Part shown: one piece after another, positions 46,852 to 55,111 of the stretch
Layout: every line of letters begins with the position of its first letter
Position numbering within the stretch: the first letter of the stretch is position 1
NCBI GenBank assembly: GCA_040290005.1
Contig: PSMF01000002.1
Span: 12,542-76,541 of the forward strand
From: Meiothermus sp.
GTDB taxonomy: Bacteria; Deinococcota; Deinococci; Deinococcales; Thermaceae
Direction: 5' to 3'
DNA length: 64,000 bases
Notes under the pieces: generated by a model
Told to the model about the DNA's origin: nothing
Seen by the model: the letters and a program-made list of their open reading frames with translations, nothing else
The model's database searches: none
Program-made: the position numbers and the translations under genes

Positions 46852-47729
46852 TGGCGGTCAAGCTCGCGGTCGTCCAGATGAGCATGTCGGGGGTGCGCGA
46901 CGAGAACGTGGAGAAGGCCACCCGGTTGGTCTGCGAAGCCGCGGGAAAGGGGGCCAACCTCATCCTATTGCCTGAACTTTTTGAGAACCTATACTGGTGC
47001 CAGGCCGAGCGCGAGGAATACTTCTCCTGGGCCAATCCGGTCGAAAATCACCCTTTCCTACCGCATTTCCAGTCGCTGGCAAAGGAACTGGGCGTGGTGC
47101 TGCCGCTCTCTTTCTTCGAGAAGGCAGGTCAGGCGCACTACAACAGCCTCGCCATGATTGACCGGAGCGGCGAGATTCTGGGTGTGTACCGCAAATCCCA
47201 CATCCCAGACGGCCCCGGCTACGAGGAGAAGTATTACTTCAACCCCGGCGATACCGGGTTTAAGGCGTTCGGGACAGGGCTGGGCACGGTGGGCGCGGGC
47301 ATCTGCTGGGACCAGTGGTATCCCGAGAGTGCCCGCAGCATGGCCCTCTTGGGTGCGGAAATCCTGCTTTATCCCACTGCCATCGGCACCGAGCCACCGG
47401 AATCGGGCGGGGTGGATACCAAGGACATGTGGCAGCGGGTGATGATCGGGCACGCCGTCGCCAACTTGTGCTACTTAGGGGCCGCGAACCGCGTGGGGAC
47501 CGAGACCGTCGAGGGAAAGACCCAGACTTATTACGGCAGCTCGTTCATCTGCGACTACATGGGCAATAAGCTTGCCGAGGCGGGGCGCGAGGAGGAAACG
47601 GTGCTCTACGCCGACTTAGATTTGGCCGATGCGCGGAGCTTCCGGGCCGGGTTCGGGTTTTTCCGTGACCGCAGGCCGGAGCTCTATGGACCGATTATGA
47701 CCCTGGACGGGAAGACGCGTCGCCCGTAG
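46851..47729 (+). CDS. aguB: N-carbamoylputrescine amidase (CN-hydrolase)
   Basis: TAATG overlap with aguA. 'LPELF', 'HYRKSHIPDGPGYEEKYYF', 'GICWDQWYPE' (Glu-Lys-Cys triad). Confidence 0.9.
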   Translation: MAVKLAVVQMSMSGVRDENVEKATRLVCEAAGKGANLILLPELFENLYWCQAEREEYFSWANPVENHPFLPHFQSLAKELGVVLPLSFFEKAGQAHYNSLAMIDRSGEILGVYRKSHIPDGPGYEEKYYFNPGDTGFKAFGTGLGTVGAGICWDQWYPESARSMALLGAEILLYPTAIGTEPPESGGVDTKDMWQRVMIGHAVANLCYLGAANRVGTETVEGKTQTYYGSSFICDYMGNKLAEAGREEETVLYADLDLADARSFRAGFGFFRDRRPELYGPIMTLDGKTRRP

Positions 47730-48246
47730 GGTTTTTCGCTGTCTTCGTCCCAGCCGAGCGGGTTGAGGAAGATGTACTCGCGGATGGCTTGGAGTTTCTC
47801 CTCGCCGCGGATGACCCTTTCGTAATAATTGCGCTGCCACACAGAAACACTGGGTGTACCCCGCACGGCATTAATCTGTCTCGTGATGGTTGATTTGATG
47901 CCACCCAAAACCGAGGCCAGCGAATCTGGTTGACGCTGACGACCCCGTAGGGGCGCAATGCATTGCGCCCCTACACCGCGTTCAAACCCCACGATTCCAT
48001 GAATATGGTTGGACATAATTACAAATGCATCTAGGACCGGCTCGGGCCGCATTAGCTCCGACCAATACCACTCGGTCTGCACTATATAACCAAAGTCGCT
48101 CAGCTCCATCTTCCCATCAATTATTTCCCCGAAAAGGCTCTCGCGGTTCGCCGTACAGAAGGTGACGAAATACAGCGCTGAGCCACTATAGTTGTGCTCG
48201 GTAAGCCGAATCGAGCGGCGCTAGTGACGGTCAGAATCGTAGGACA
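47684..48246 (-). pseudogene. REP-associated tyrosine transposase (RAYT/IS200-like, COG1943-type) with an in-frame stop at codon 9
   Basis: Own translation from GTG 48246: VSYDSDRH*RRSIRLTEHNYSGSALYFVTFCTANRESLFGEIIDGKMELSDFGYIV...VIMSNHIHGIV...WQRNYYERVIRGEEKLQAIREYIFLNP. The TAG is at 48220-48222. Confidence 0.75.
47947..47974. repeat. REP-like palindrome inside the RAYT pseudogene
   Basis: 'gtaggggcgca atgcat tgcgcccctac' is perfect. It is translated as ..VGAQCIAPL.. Confidence 0.85.
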
Positions 48247-48296
48247 CAAGAGTTCATTATCGGTCTGAGCGGTGGGCTGCGGTGTACATTTAGCCC

Positions 48297-48734
48297 ATGA
48301 ACCGCGCCTGGGTCAGCTTTGCTCTAGCCGCCGTGATGCTGGTCGGTTTCTTGTATTTGCGGCAGAACTCGAGCCCCGCAACTCCCCCCCCACCGGCGCA
48401 AGCCTCGAGCCCCAGCCAATCCCCATCCAACCTCGTAATTCACAATGTCAAAATCTACGACCTAAACGGCAACCTAGCTTATCAAGGTGATGTCAACCTA
48501 AAGCCCATTCTGGACAGGATTGCCAGGGGTGAACGTGACCCCCACAGCAATGACGGCACGGTGTTCTCCAACCGCGAAGGGCAGCTTCCCCGGCAGCCTA
48601 GGGGCTATTACCGGGAATACGTGGTGCGAACGCCGGGGTTGAGTTCGGTAGGGCCGCAGCGCCTGATTATTGGCCAGAAAGGCGAAAGCTATTACACCCC
48701 CGACCATTACCGCTCCTTCATCCGGGTACGGTAG
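48297..48734 (+). CDS. secreted/membrane-anchored guanyl-specific ribonuclease (barnase/RNase Sa family)
   Basis: N-terminal TM 'VSFALAAVMLVGFLYL'. C-terminal 'YYREYVVRTPGLSSVGPQRLIIGQKGESYYTPDHYRSFIRV'. Confidence 0.8.
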   Translation: MNRAWVSFALAAVMLVGFLYLRQNSSPATPPPPAQASSPSQSPSNLVIHNVKIYDLNGNLAYQGDVNLKPILDRIARGERDPHSNDGTVFSNREGQLPRQPRGYYREYVVRTPGLSSVGPQRLIIGQKGESYYTPDHYRSFIRVR

Positions 48735-48737
48735 ACT

Positions 48738-49154
48738 ATGCGCGACCTGGACGCAGTTTTCAACAAGGTCACAAGCGCTGATGGGGATGCGGTGCTGCAC
48801 GTTCCCGCTTCTCTACTCTCCGAGCTACAGCGGAGGCTCGAGCTGCAAAACTATTTCGTCACCGTCGTAGACCGTGCCCCGGTGTTCGACAAAACCACCC
48901 TGTTGCACGCGCTCTACCAAAGCTGCGAGATGCCCGCCTACTTCGGCTTCAACTGGGACGCGCTGCAAGACAGCCTGAATGACTTCTCCTGGAAAAGCGC
49001 CAGCGGTTACGTGCTGGTGTTCAAAAACTTCGAGCTGCTTCAGACCCGCGCCCCCGAGGACGCAAAGGTTTTTCTCGAGATCGTGCGCGACGTGAGCGCT
49101 GGGAGGCTGGAAGACCATGCACCACCGCTAAAACTGCTTATCTTGCAGCAATAG
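48738..49154 (+). CDS. barstar-family RNase inhibitor
   Basis: 'LLHALYQSCEMPAYFGFNWDALQDSLNDF'. Starts 4 nt after the RNase stop. Confidence 0.8.
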   Translation: MRDLDAVFNKVTSADGDAVLHVPASLLSELQRRLELQNYFVTVVDRAPVFDKTTLLHALYQSCEMPAYFGFNWDALQDSLNDFSWKSASGYVLVFKNFELLQTRAPEDAKVFLEIVRDVSAGRLEDHAPPLKLLILQQ

Positions 49155-49209
49155 CCCTGAGTTCCTTGGGGATAAGCGGTCCTAAAACTTTTGGCGGAGG
49201 GAATGAGCT

Positions 49210-49611
49210 TTGGCTCTGCGCTACTATTGGGGCATGGAGACCTTACCCGCCACCACCGAACTTCCCCCTAAAGAGGACCGCAACATCGCCGTCGCGGCTC
49301 ACTTAGCCCCCATCGCGGGTTATCTCATCGCCATCGGGCAAATTCTGTTGCCGCTGGCCATCCTCGTCTTCGGCCCCGACCGCCCCTTCGTAAAGGAACA
49401 GGCCAAGGAAGCCCTCAACGCACAGATTAGCTTCACGCTGTACTGGATCGCGGTGGTGTTTTTGTACGTCACCATCATCGGCATCCCGCTCGCCATCCTG
49501 GCTACCATCGCGCTGGGGATTTTCGTTGTCGCCACCATGATTTTGGCCGCCGTTGCGGTCTCCGACGGCAAGCCCTATCGCTATCCGCTTATCTTCCGTC
49601 TCGTTCGGTAG
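49210..49611 (+). CDS. DUF4870-like membrane protein
   Basis: 'EDRNIAVAAHLAPIAGYLI...FVKEQAKEALNAQISFTLYW'. The start may instead be the ATG at 49234. Confidence 0.7.
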   Translation: MALRYYWGMETLPATTELPPKEDRNIAVAAHLAPIAGYLIAIGQILLPLAILVFGPDRPFVKEQAKEALNAQISFTLYWIAVVFLYVTIIGIPLAILATIALGIFVVATMILAAVAVSDGKPYRYPLIFRLVR

Positions 49612-50617
49612 GCAGGGTAGGCGGAAACATCAGCAGGCTGAGGAAGAACCCCACCACCCCGGCGATAAACACCATCCCCCCGACCATGTGAGGGCTCCAG
49701 TTGAAAGGCAGTATCAGCCGACCCAGGGCGAAATACAGGGCCATCAGAAGGGAGGAGGCCAGCACTGCAAAGAGCCGCATGGACCCGACCTGCCCAGGCT
49801 CGGGGTTTAGCCAGCGATACAGCCCGTCCAGCAAGGCTCCGGCGAGTAGATAAATCGTCACCCAAGCCAGTGGATAGCTATCATCCAGAAACCCCATCGC
49901 AAAGGCGTTGAGGCCAAGCACCAGGGTGAAGGCCCCGGCCCCCAGCCGCCAGCGGCGCATACTGATGAGTAAAGCCCCGACCACTAAGGCGTTAATGAGG
50001 ATAAAACCGGTCACCCCGAGGGCCTGATATACCCCCGGTACGGGTGCGTAGCCAAAGCCCCAGCGGTTGGTGACAGGGTGGGCGAACTGGACGAAGAAGG
50101 TCAGGGCCGAGAGCGAAGCGGCGAGCGAAAGCAGCATCGGGAGCTGAACAACGAGTGCAGAGGTCGAGCCGGGCCGCGTCCACATCGCCCGCCAGGGGCC
50201 AGAGGCGGCCAGTACCAGGCCTGTCGCCAGCAGCAGGTGGGTCGGACTATACAGCGCGTTGATATCCTCCTCGATGCCAAACAGGGTGTGCCAGACCAGA
50301 TCACCAGGGCCGCCCAGCAGCCATAGGCTCATCCCCAGGAGCGAAAGGCCGTAACCCTCCGGCAGCGCCTCGCTCCAGGAATAGCCCCGGCTCCGGTTCA
50401 GCCCGGCCACACCCAGCAGGCTCAGGAAGTTGAGGGCGAAACCTGAGTACAAAACCGCGTGCCAGGGGGTGAAAAACGACTGGTCCACCTTGCCGTGGGT
50501 GTGGGCCCAGCCGTCTAGAAACAACCCAGCCACGAAGGCCACGCTCAAGGCGGCCATCGCCCAGTCCAAGCTGGGCCCGGCGATTCGTTCTTTGGGCATT
50601 CGGGCGAGGGTGCGCAT
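49589..50617 (-). CDS. polytopic membrane protein, unknown function
   Basis: 342 aa with about 9 hydrophobic segments. Confidence 0.6.
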   Translation of the reverse strand: MRTLARMPKERIAGPSLDWAMAALSVAFVAGLFLDGWAHTHGKVDQSFFTPWHAVLYSGFALNFLSLLGVAGLNRSRGYSWSEALPEGYGLSLLGMSLWLLGGPGDLVWHTLFGIEEDINALYSPTHLLLATGLVLAASGPWRAMWTRPGSTSALVVQLPMLLSLAASLSALTFFVQFAHPVTNRWGFGYAPVPGVYQALGVTGFILINALVVGALLISMRRWRLGAGAFTLVLGLNAFAMGFLDDSYPLAWVTIYLLAGALLDGLYRWLNPEPGQVGSMRLFAVLASSLLMALYFALGRLILPFNWSPHMVGGMVFIAGVVGFFLSLLMFPPTLPTERDGR

Positions 50618-50700
50618 ACCTGCGAGTATAGGCCGGTATCGCTCGAGCGCGGTTAACCCGCCGTCCTCATGAGGATGGGGCGGCAGCGTAAACTTCTAGC

Positions 50701-51483
50701 ATGTTCCAACCGTACGGCGAGATGAGAGACAAAGTGGTACTGGTGACCGGGGCGGCCACCGGCATCGGGCGCGCCATAGCCGAGACCTTCGCTCAGGAGG
50801 CAGCGATGCTGGTGATCTGCGATGTCCAGGCCGAAGGGGCCGAGGTCGCCAAGCGGCTGGGCGCCCTGTTCGTCTATGCCGACATTGCCCAACCCTACCA
50901 CCGCGAGCGCTTTATAAAAGAGGCCAATAAGCAGTGGGGCGGGATTCATGTGCTGGTGAACAACGCCGCGGTCTCCGCTCCCGGCTCCGCACTCAAAGTC
51001 CCCCTAGAGGAGTGGCAGCGGGTGCTGGACGTGAACCTCACCGCCCCCATGCATCTTTCGGCGCTGGCCGCGCGGGAGATGGTCAAAAACGGCGGGGGTG
51101 CCATCGTCAACATCGCCAGCGTGCAGGGGCTCTTCGCCGAGCAAAACAACGCTGCCTACACTGCCTCCAAGGGTGGGCTGGTCAACCTCACTCGCTCGCT
51201 GGCGCTGGACTTGGCCCCGATGAACGTCCGGGTGAATGCGGTGGCTCCCGGTGCTATAGCGACTTCGGGTCTGCTCGAGGCCATCGCCATGTCCGAAGAC
51301 CCCGAGCGCACCCGGGCCGATTGGGAAGACCTGCACGCCTTGCGCCGCTTAGGGAGGCCGGAGGAGGTGGCTCAGGCGGTACTGTTTCTGGCTTCGGAGC
51401 GGGCCAGTTTCGTCACCGGGGCCATCCTTCCGGTGGACGGCGGGATGACCGCCAGCTTCGGGACCGCGGGCCGCCCGGTATAA
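50701..51483 (+). CDS. short-chain dehydrogenase/reductase
   Basis: 'VLVTGAATGIGRAIA', 'NNAAV', 'YTASKGG'. Confidence 0.9.
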   Translation: MFQPYGEMRDKVVLVTGAATGIGRAIAETFAQEAAMLVICDVQAEGAEVAKRLGALFVYADIAQPYHRERFIKEANKQWGGIHVLVNNAAVSAPGSALKVPLEEWQRVLDVNLTAPMHLSALAAREMVKNGGGAIVNIASVQGLFAEQNNAAYTASKGGLVNLTRSLALDLAPMNVRVNAVAPGAIATSGLLEAIAMSEDPERTRADWEDLHALRRLGRPEEVAQAVLFLASERASFVTGAILPVDGGMTASFGTAGRPV

Positions 51484-51490
51484 AACAATC

Positions 51491-51515
51491 GGGGGCGCAA
51501 TCTAGGTTGCGCCCC
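51491..51515. repeat. REP-like palindrome
   Basis: 'gggggcgcaa tctag gttgcgcccc'. Confidence 0.75.
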
Positions 51516-51528
51516 TGACAGGGCTCTT

Positions 51529-51807
51529 CTAATCTTCTACGTTGAGCAGCGACTTGCTGACCACCACGGTTTTATCTTCCGAGCGGTTGGCCCAGTGCTG
51601 TAGTAGTAAGTCCCGGGCATCGCTCACCGCCTGTTGAAGACGGCCAATCTCGGTGCGCGAGAATCCCTGGTTGCTTTGTAGCGCCACCGGCTTGAGGGAG
51701 AACTTAGCGGTGTGTCCCTCGTGCTTGACATAGATGTAGGGCGACTCTTGGGTGTAGCCAGAGTTCACGTAGAAGCGGTATTGTCCAGAACGGTGCAGCG
51801 TAATCAT
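51529..51807 (-). CDS. DUF4160-like small protein (orphan, no DUF2442 partner)
   Basis: 'YRFYVNSGYTQESPYIYVKHEGHTAKFSLKPVAL..NQGF' resembles the 12295-12666 product. Confidence 0.6.
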   Translation of the reverse strand: MITLHRSGQYRFYVNSGYTQESPYIYVKHEGHTAKFSLKPVALQSNQGFSRTEIGRLQQAVSDARDLLLQHWANRSEDKTVVVSKSLLNVED

Positions 51808-52100
51808 CAGGCCTCCGAATGTGTGAGATATAAACGTGAACCCATAGAAAACGTAACGCTTTGTATGCTACCACGACCCTCGCAAAGCGTGATGAGACAA
51901 GCAATTCACGTCTAGGACTACGTTAAACCTTGTGAGAAAGTGGGCTGTTGGTTAGGTCACGCAGCGGCGCCACCCACCTCCCGAAGATGTGGGGTTCTCC
52001 GCAGGGAGGCCTCGAGAAGCTCCTCCGTCTGGGACAATGTTTATAGGTGCAGCACCCGACCCAGCGGAGCTGGGCTGAGTTAGGGTTTGATTAAGACTGC

Positions 52101-54977
52101 TTAAATCGCGACGCAACGTGCTGCATCGCCGGTGATGCTGAACGCCGACCAGTAATAGGGGTTGGGGTGTATCTCGCGCAGGGTCTGCTGGGCCTTCCGC
52201 AGGGCCACGCCCACCGGCAAACCGGTTTGCAGGGCGCGGTAGAACTCGGCCATGAGCTGGGCGGTGGTGTCGTCTTTGACCGGCCACAAGCTGGCGACCA
52301 AACAGGGGGTGCCCGCATAGAGGAAGCCTCGAGCCAGCCCCAGCAGTTCATCCCCACCGGCCTGCTGCGACAGGCCGGTCTCACACGCCGAGAGCACCAC
52401 CAGCTCGGCCTTCAGCCGCAGTTGGTAGAGGTCTCGAGCCGCCAGCCAGCCGTCGGCGAGCCGCAACCCCGAGAACATCGGATTGTCCGGGCGGAAGGCA
52501 CCGTGGGTCGCCAGATGCAGCACCTGAGCCTGCCCGGCATGGGCGAAGAAATTCCCACTGGTGGCGGCTTCCTCGACAAATTTGTGCGCCTGGTGGGCGA
52601 TGGCGGTGATGGCCTCGACCTCGTGCAAGACCTGCGGGATGTTTTCTAGCGGCACCCCGAACGCCACCAGCGGCCCCTCGCGGTGGACGGGGCGCTGGCG
52701 GCAAAAGGCGTATACCGCCGCGCTAGGGGCTAAAGAGACCTCGGCTCGATCGAGCAGATACCCGTCCTCGCCGAGCAGTGCCGCGAAAGGAACTTTATGC
52801 AAAACCCCGTGGGGGACAAGAACCAGATTGCGGCCTGCTAGGTCTAAAGACAGGGGCTCGAGCAGGAGGCCGTGCAGTGCCTTGAGCTGTTCGTCCACCG
52901 CCTGCCGCAACACCCCTTCGCCGTAGATACGGGCAAAAACCTCGCCCCCGGCGACGCGCCCCAGGAAAAACTCCAGCCGCTCGAGCACCCCCTCAACCTG
53001 CGCCAGCTCACCTGAAAGCCGTACCGCCCTTAGCGTGGGCCCATCCAGCACAAAGGCCACCAACCCCCGCGCGGTGCTAAAGTATTCCAGCAGCACCGCC
53101 CCCGCCGGGAGTGCCGCCTGGATTTCCGTTAACTCTACCTGGAAACTTTGCGCCAGCCCGCCGTCCTGGGCGCGCTCGAGTTCACGCTGCAAGCGGGTCA
53201 CCAGGGCTTCCCCCTCGGTGATTCGGGCTCGCCAGACGGCCCTGGAGGCGTCCTCGGTTTGGGCCTCGAGGGCTAAGAAATAACCGTCCAGCTCGGCTCG
53301 GGCGCGGTCGAGGTCACACTTTAGGGTCCGGGCTTCGGCGGATTGACCCGTCTGCTCCCCCCTACCGGCCAGCAGTTCCAGCAGCGCCCGCGACTTGGCC
53401 CGCTCGGTGTAGGCGAAGGCTTCGTGGACCCGACCGCCCTCCAGCAGGAGGTCCACCAGGAGGCCGTACACGTCCAGCTTGTCGCCCAGATAGGCGGTCT
53501 TGAACTCGTCCACCGCCAGGCTGGAGCGCACCTCTTCCAGGAGTTCTATAGCCCGCTTGAAATGGGTTTCGGCCACCGGTGCCTCGGGTAGGGCGGCCCG
53601 ACCCAGCAGACCCTCGAGCTGGATGCGCAAACTGGGGAACTCCAGCCCAGCCAGGGCGGCTTGGGCCTGTTCCAGCCGGTGTCTAGCCTCGACCGGGTTG
53701 CCCAGTTCCAGCAGCGCTTCGGCCAACACGCTCAGGGCCAGCGCCCTGGCTGAGGGCATCTCGGCTAGGTTCTCGGCAGCCTTGGCGCTTTGCAGCACCG
53801 CCCCTTCGAGCTGTGGGAGCGTACCCTTGCGCCCCTCCTGCAACAGCAAGTTGGCGATATACGCTTCGACTAGGGCGGCCTGAAGTGGGTTGTCTAAGGC
53901 CCTCCAGAGGGCTTGGGCTTGGCCCAGCGTGCTGCGGGCCTCCTCGAGCTTCCCGGCCTTGGCCTGGGCTGAGCCCAGGGTCATCAGCGATTCGGCCTGT
54001 TCCAGACCCATCCCCCGGCCCGCAAACACCTCCGAGAGTTCCTGCGAGAGCCGCTCGGCCTCGCCCAACAGGTTCAAGTCCAGATACACCCTGGCCTCCT
54101 CCAGCCCCACGAAAGCCGCATCGGGATGGGTTTTCAGGTCGCCGTAGGCGGCGCGCACCCGGCTCAGCAGTTCCAGGGCATCCCGCAGGCGGCCCCCCTT
54201 ACGGCAGAGCAGCACCAGGCTGAGGCTGGTCCCGGCCACAAACTGGGTCTGAGCGTGACGGCGGAAAACCTCCAGCGCCGCCTCGAGCTGGGCTGCGGCC
54301 TCGTCAAACCGGTCCTGCTGCTGGTATAGCTGGCCCAAGTTGCTGTGGGCCTTGGCGGCCCCAGTCTCATCCCCGGCCCCCTCGAGCTGCGCCAGGGCTT
54401 GCAGAAACATCGCCTCAGCCTCGGCGATCCGTCCCATCCTGGAGTGGATGATGCCCAGGTTGATCCCCACCGTAGCCGCGTCCTGGTGCAATCCCAGCCG
54501 GACAAACGCCTCGCGCGACCACTCGGCCAGGTCCCGCGCGCCGGGCAAATCTCCCATCATGGCCAGGGCTTGTACCTGCCGCACGGCGGTCCGTGCGGCC
54601 TCTTCGGGTAGACCCAAAGCCAAAAAACCCTCTCTCGCGTTGTTGTAGTGCTCGAGCGCCGCGCTGTAGTCGCCCCCCACGGTGAGCCCTAAGGCGTAGG
54701 CCCAGGAGGCCAGCGGCCCGGCTCTGGGGTCGTCCACCCAGAGCGCGGCTTCTAAAGCCCGCGCCCCGGCGCGGCGGGCCAGGGCGATATCGGCCCCTTT
54801 GTGGCGGTCTACCTGGGCCTTGAGCGCTTCGATGAGGGTTAAGTCGGGGCGATGCTGACCAAGCAGACAGGTCCTCGCTTGGGGGTCGGTTTCCTCGAGC
54901 AGCGCCTGGGCCAAGGCCTCGGGATTCCCCGCGCCCTGTGGGTTGGGGGTCAGGGAGGTTTGCTCGGGGTTGGGCAT
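52101..54977 (-). CDS. TPR-repeat CHAT-domain (caspase-like protease) protein
   Basis: 958 aa. About 600 aa of TPR-like repeats, then a CHAT core with 'VLHLATHGAF' (His) and 'VVLSACETG' (Cys). Confidence 0.88.
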   Translation of the reverse strand: MPNPEQTSLTPNPQGAGNPEALAQALLEETDPQARTCLLGQHRPDLTLIEALKAQVDRHKGADIALARRAGARALEAALWVDDPRAGPLASWAYALGLTVGGDYSAALEHYNNAREGFLALGLPEEAARTAVRQVQALAMMGDLPGARDLAEWSREAFVRLGLHQDAATVGINLGIIHSRMGRIAEAEAMFLQALAQLEGAGDETGAAKAHSNLGQLYQQQDRFDEAAAQLEAALEVFRRHAQTQFVAGTSLSLVLLCRKGGRLRDALELLSRVRAAYGDLKTHPDAAFVGLEEARVYLDLNLLGEAERLSQELSEVFAGRGMGLEQAESLMTLGSAQAKAGKLEEARSTLGQAQALWRALDNPLQAALVEAYIANLLLQEGRKGTLPQLEGAVLQSAKAAENLAEMPSARALALSVLAEALLELGNPVEARHRLEQAQAALAGLEFPSLRIQLEGLLGRAALPEAPVAETHFKRAIELLEEVRSSLAVDEFKTAYLGDKLDVYGLLVDLLLEGGRVHEAFAYTERAKSRALLELLAGRGEQTGQSAEARTLKCDLDRARAELDGYFLALEAQTEDASRAVWRARITEGEALVTRLQRELERAQDGGLAQSFQVELTEIQAALPAGAVLLEYFSTARGLVAFVLDGPTLRAVRLSGELAQVEGVLERLEFFLGRVAGGEVFARIYGEGVLRQAVDEQLKALHGLLLEPLSLDLAGRNLVLVPHGVLHKVPFAALLGEDGYLLDRAEVSLAPSAAVYAFCRQRPVHREGPLVAFGVPLENIPQVLHEVEAITAIAHQAHKFVEEAATSGNFFAHAGQAQVLHLATHGAFRPDNPMFSGLRLADGWLAARDLYQLRLKAELVVLSACETGLSQQAGGDELLGLARGFLYAGTPCLVASLWPVKDDTTAQLMAEFYRALQTGLPVGVALRKAQQTLREIHPNPYYWSAFSITGDAARCVAI

Positions 54978-55111
54978 CGAGGCATCCTTGGGAAAACGGC
55001 GAATGGGGGGTGAGGACCCACGAATATGGCGACGAGTAAGCGGTCTACCGGAGGGCTCCTTCTATACCCCACAATACTATCGTCCAGAACAGAACTTTGT
55101 TTATCCGCCGC

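Noticed and set aside
50934-51518. 194-aa plus-strand ORF
   Set aside because: It is an alternative frame of the SDR gene with an Arg/Gly-rich composition.
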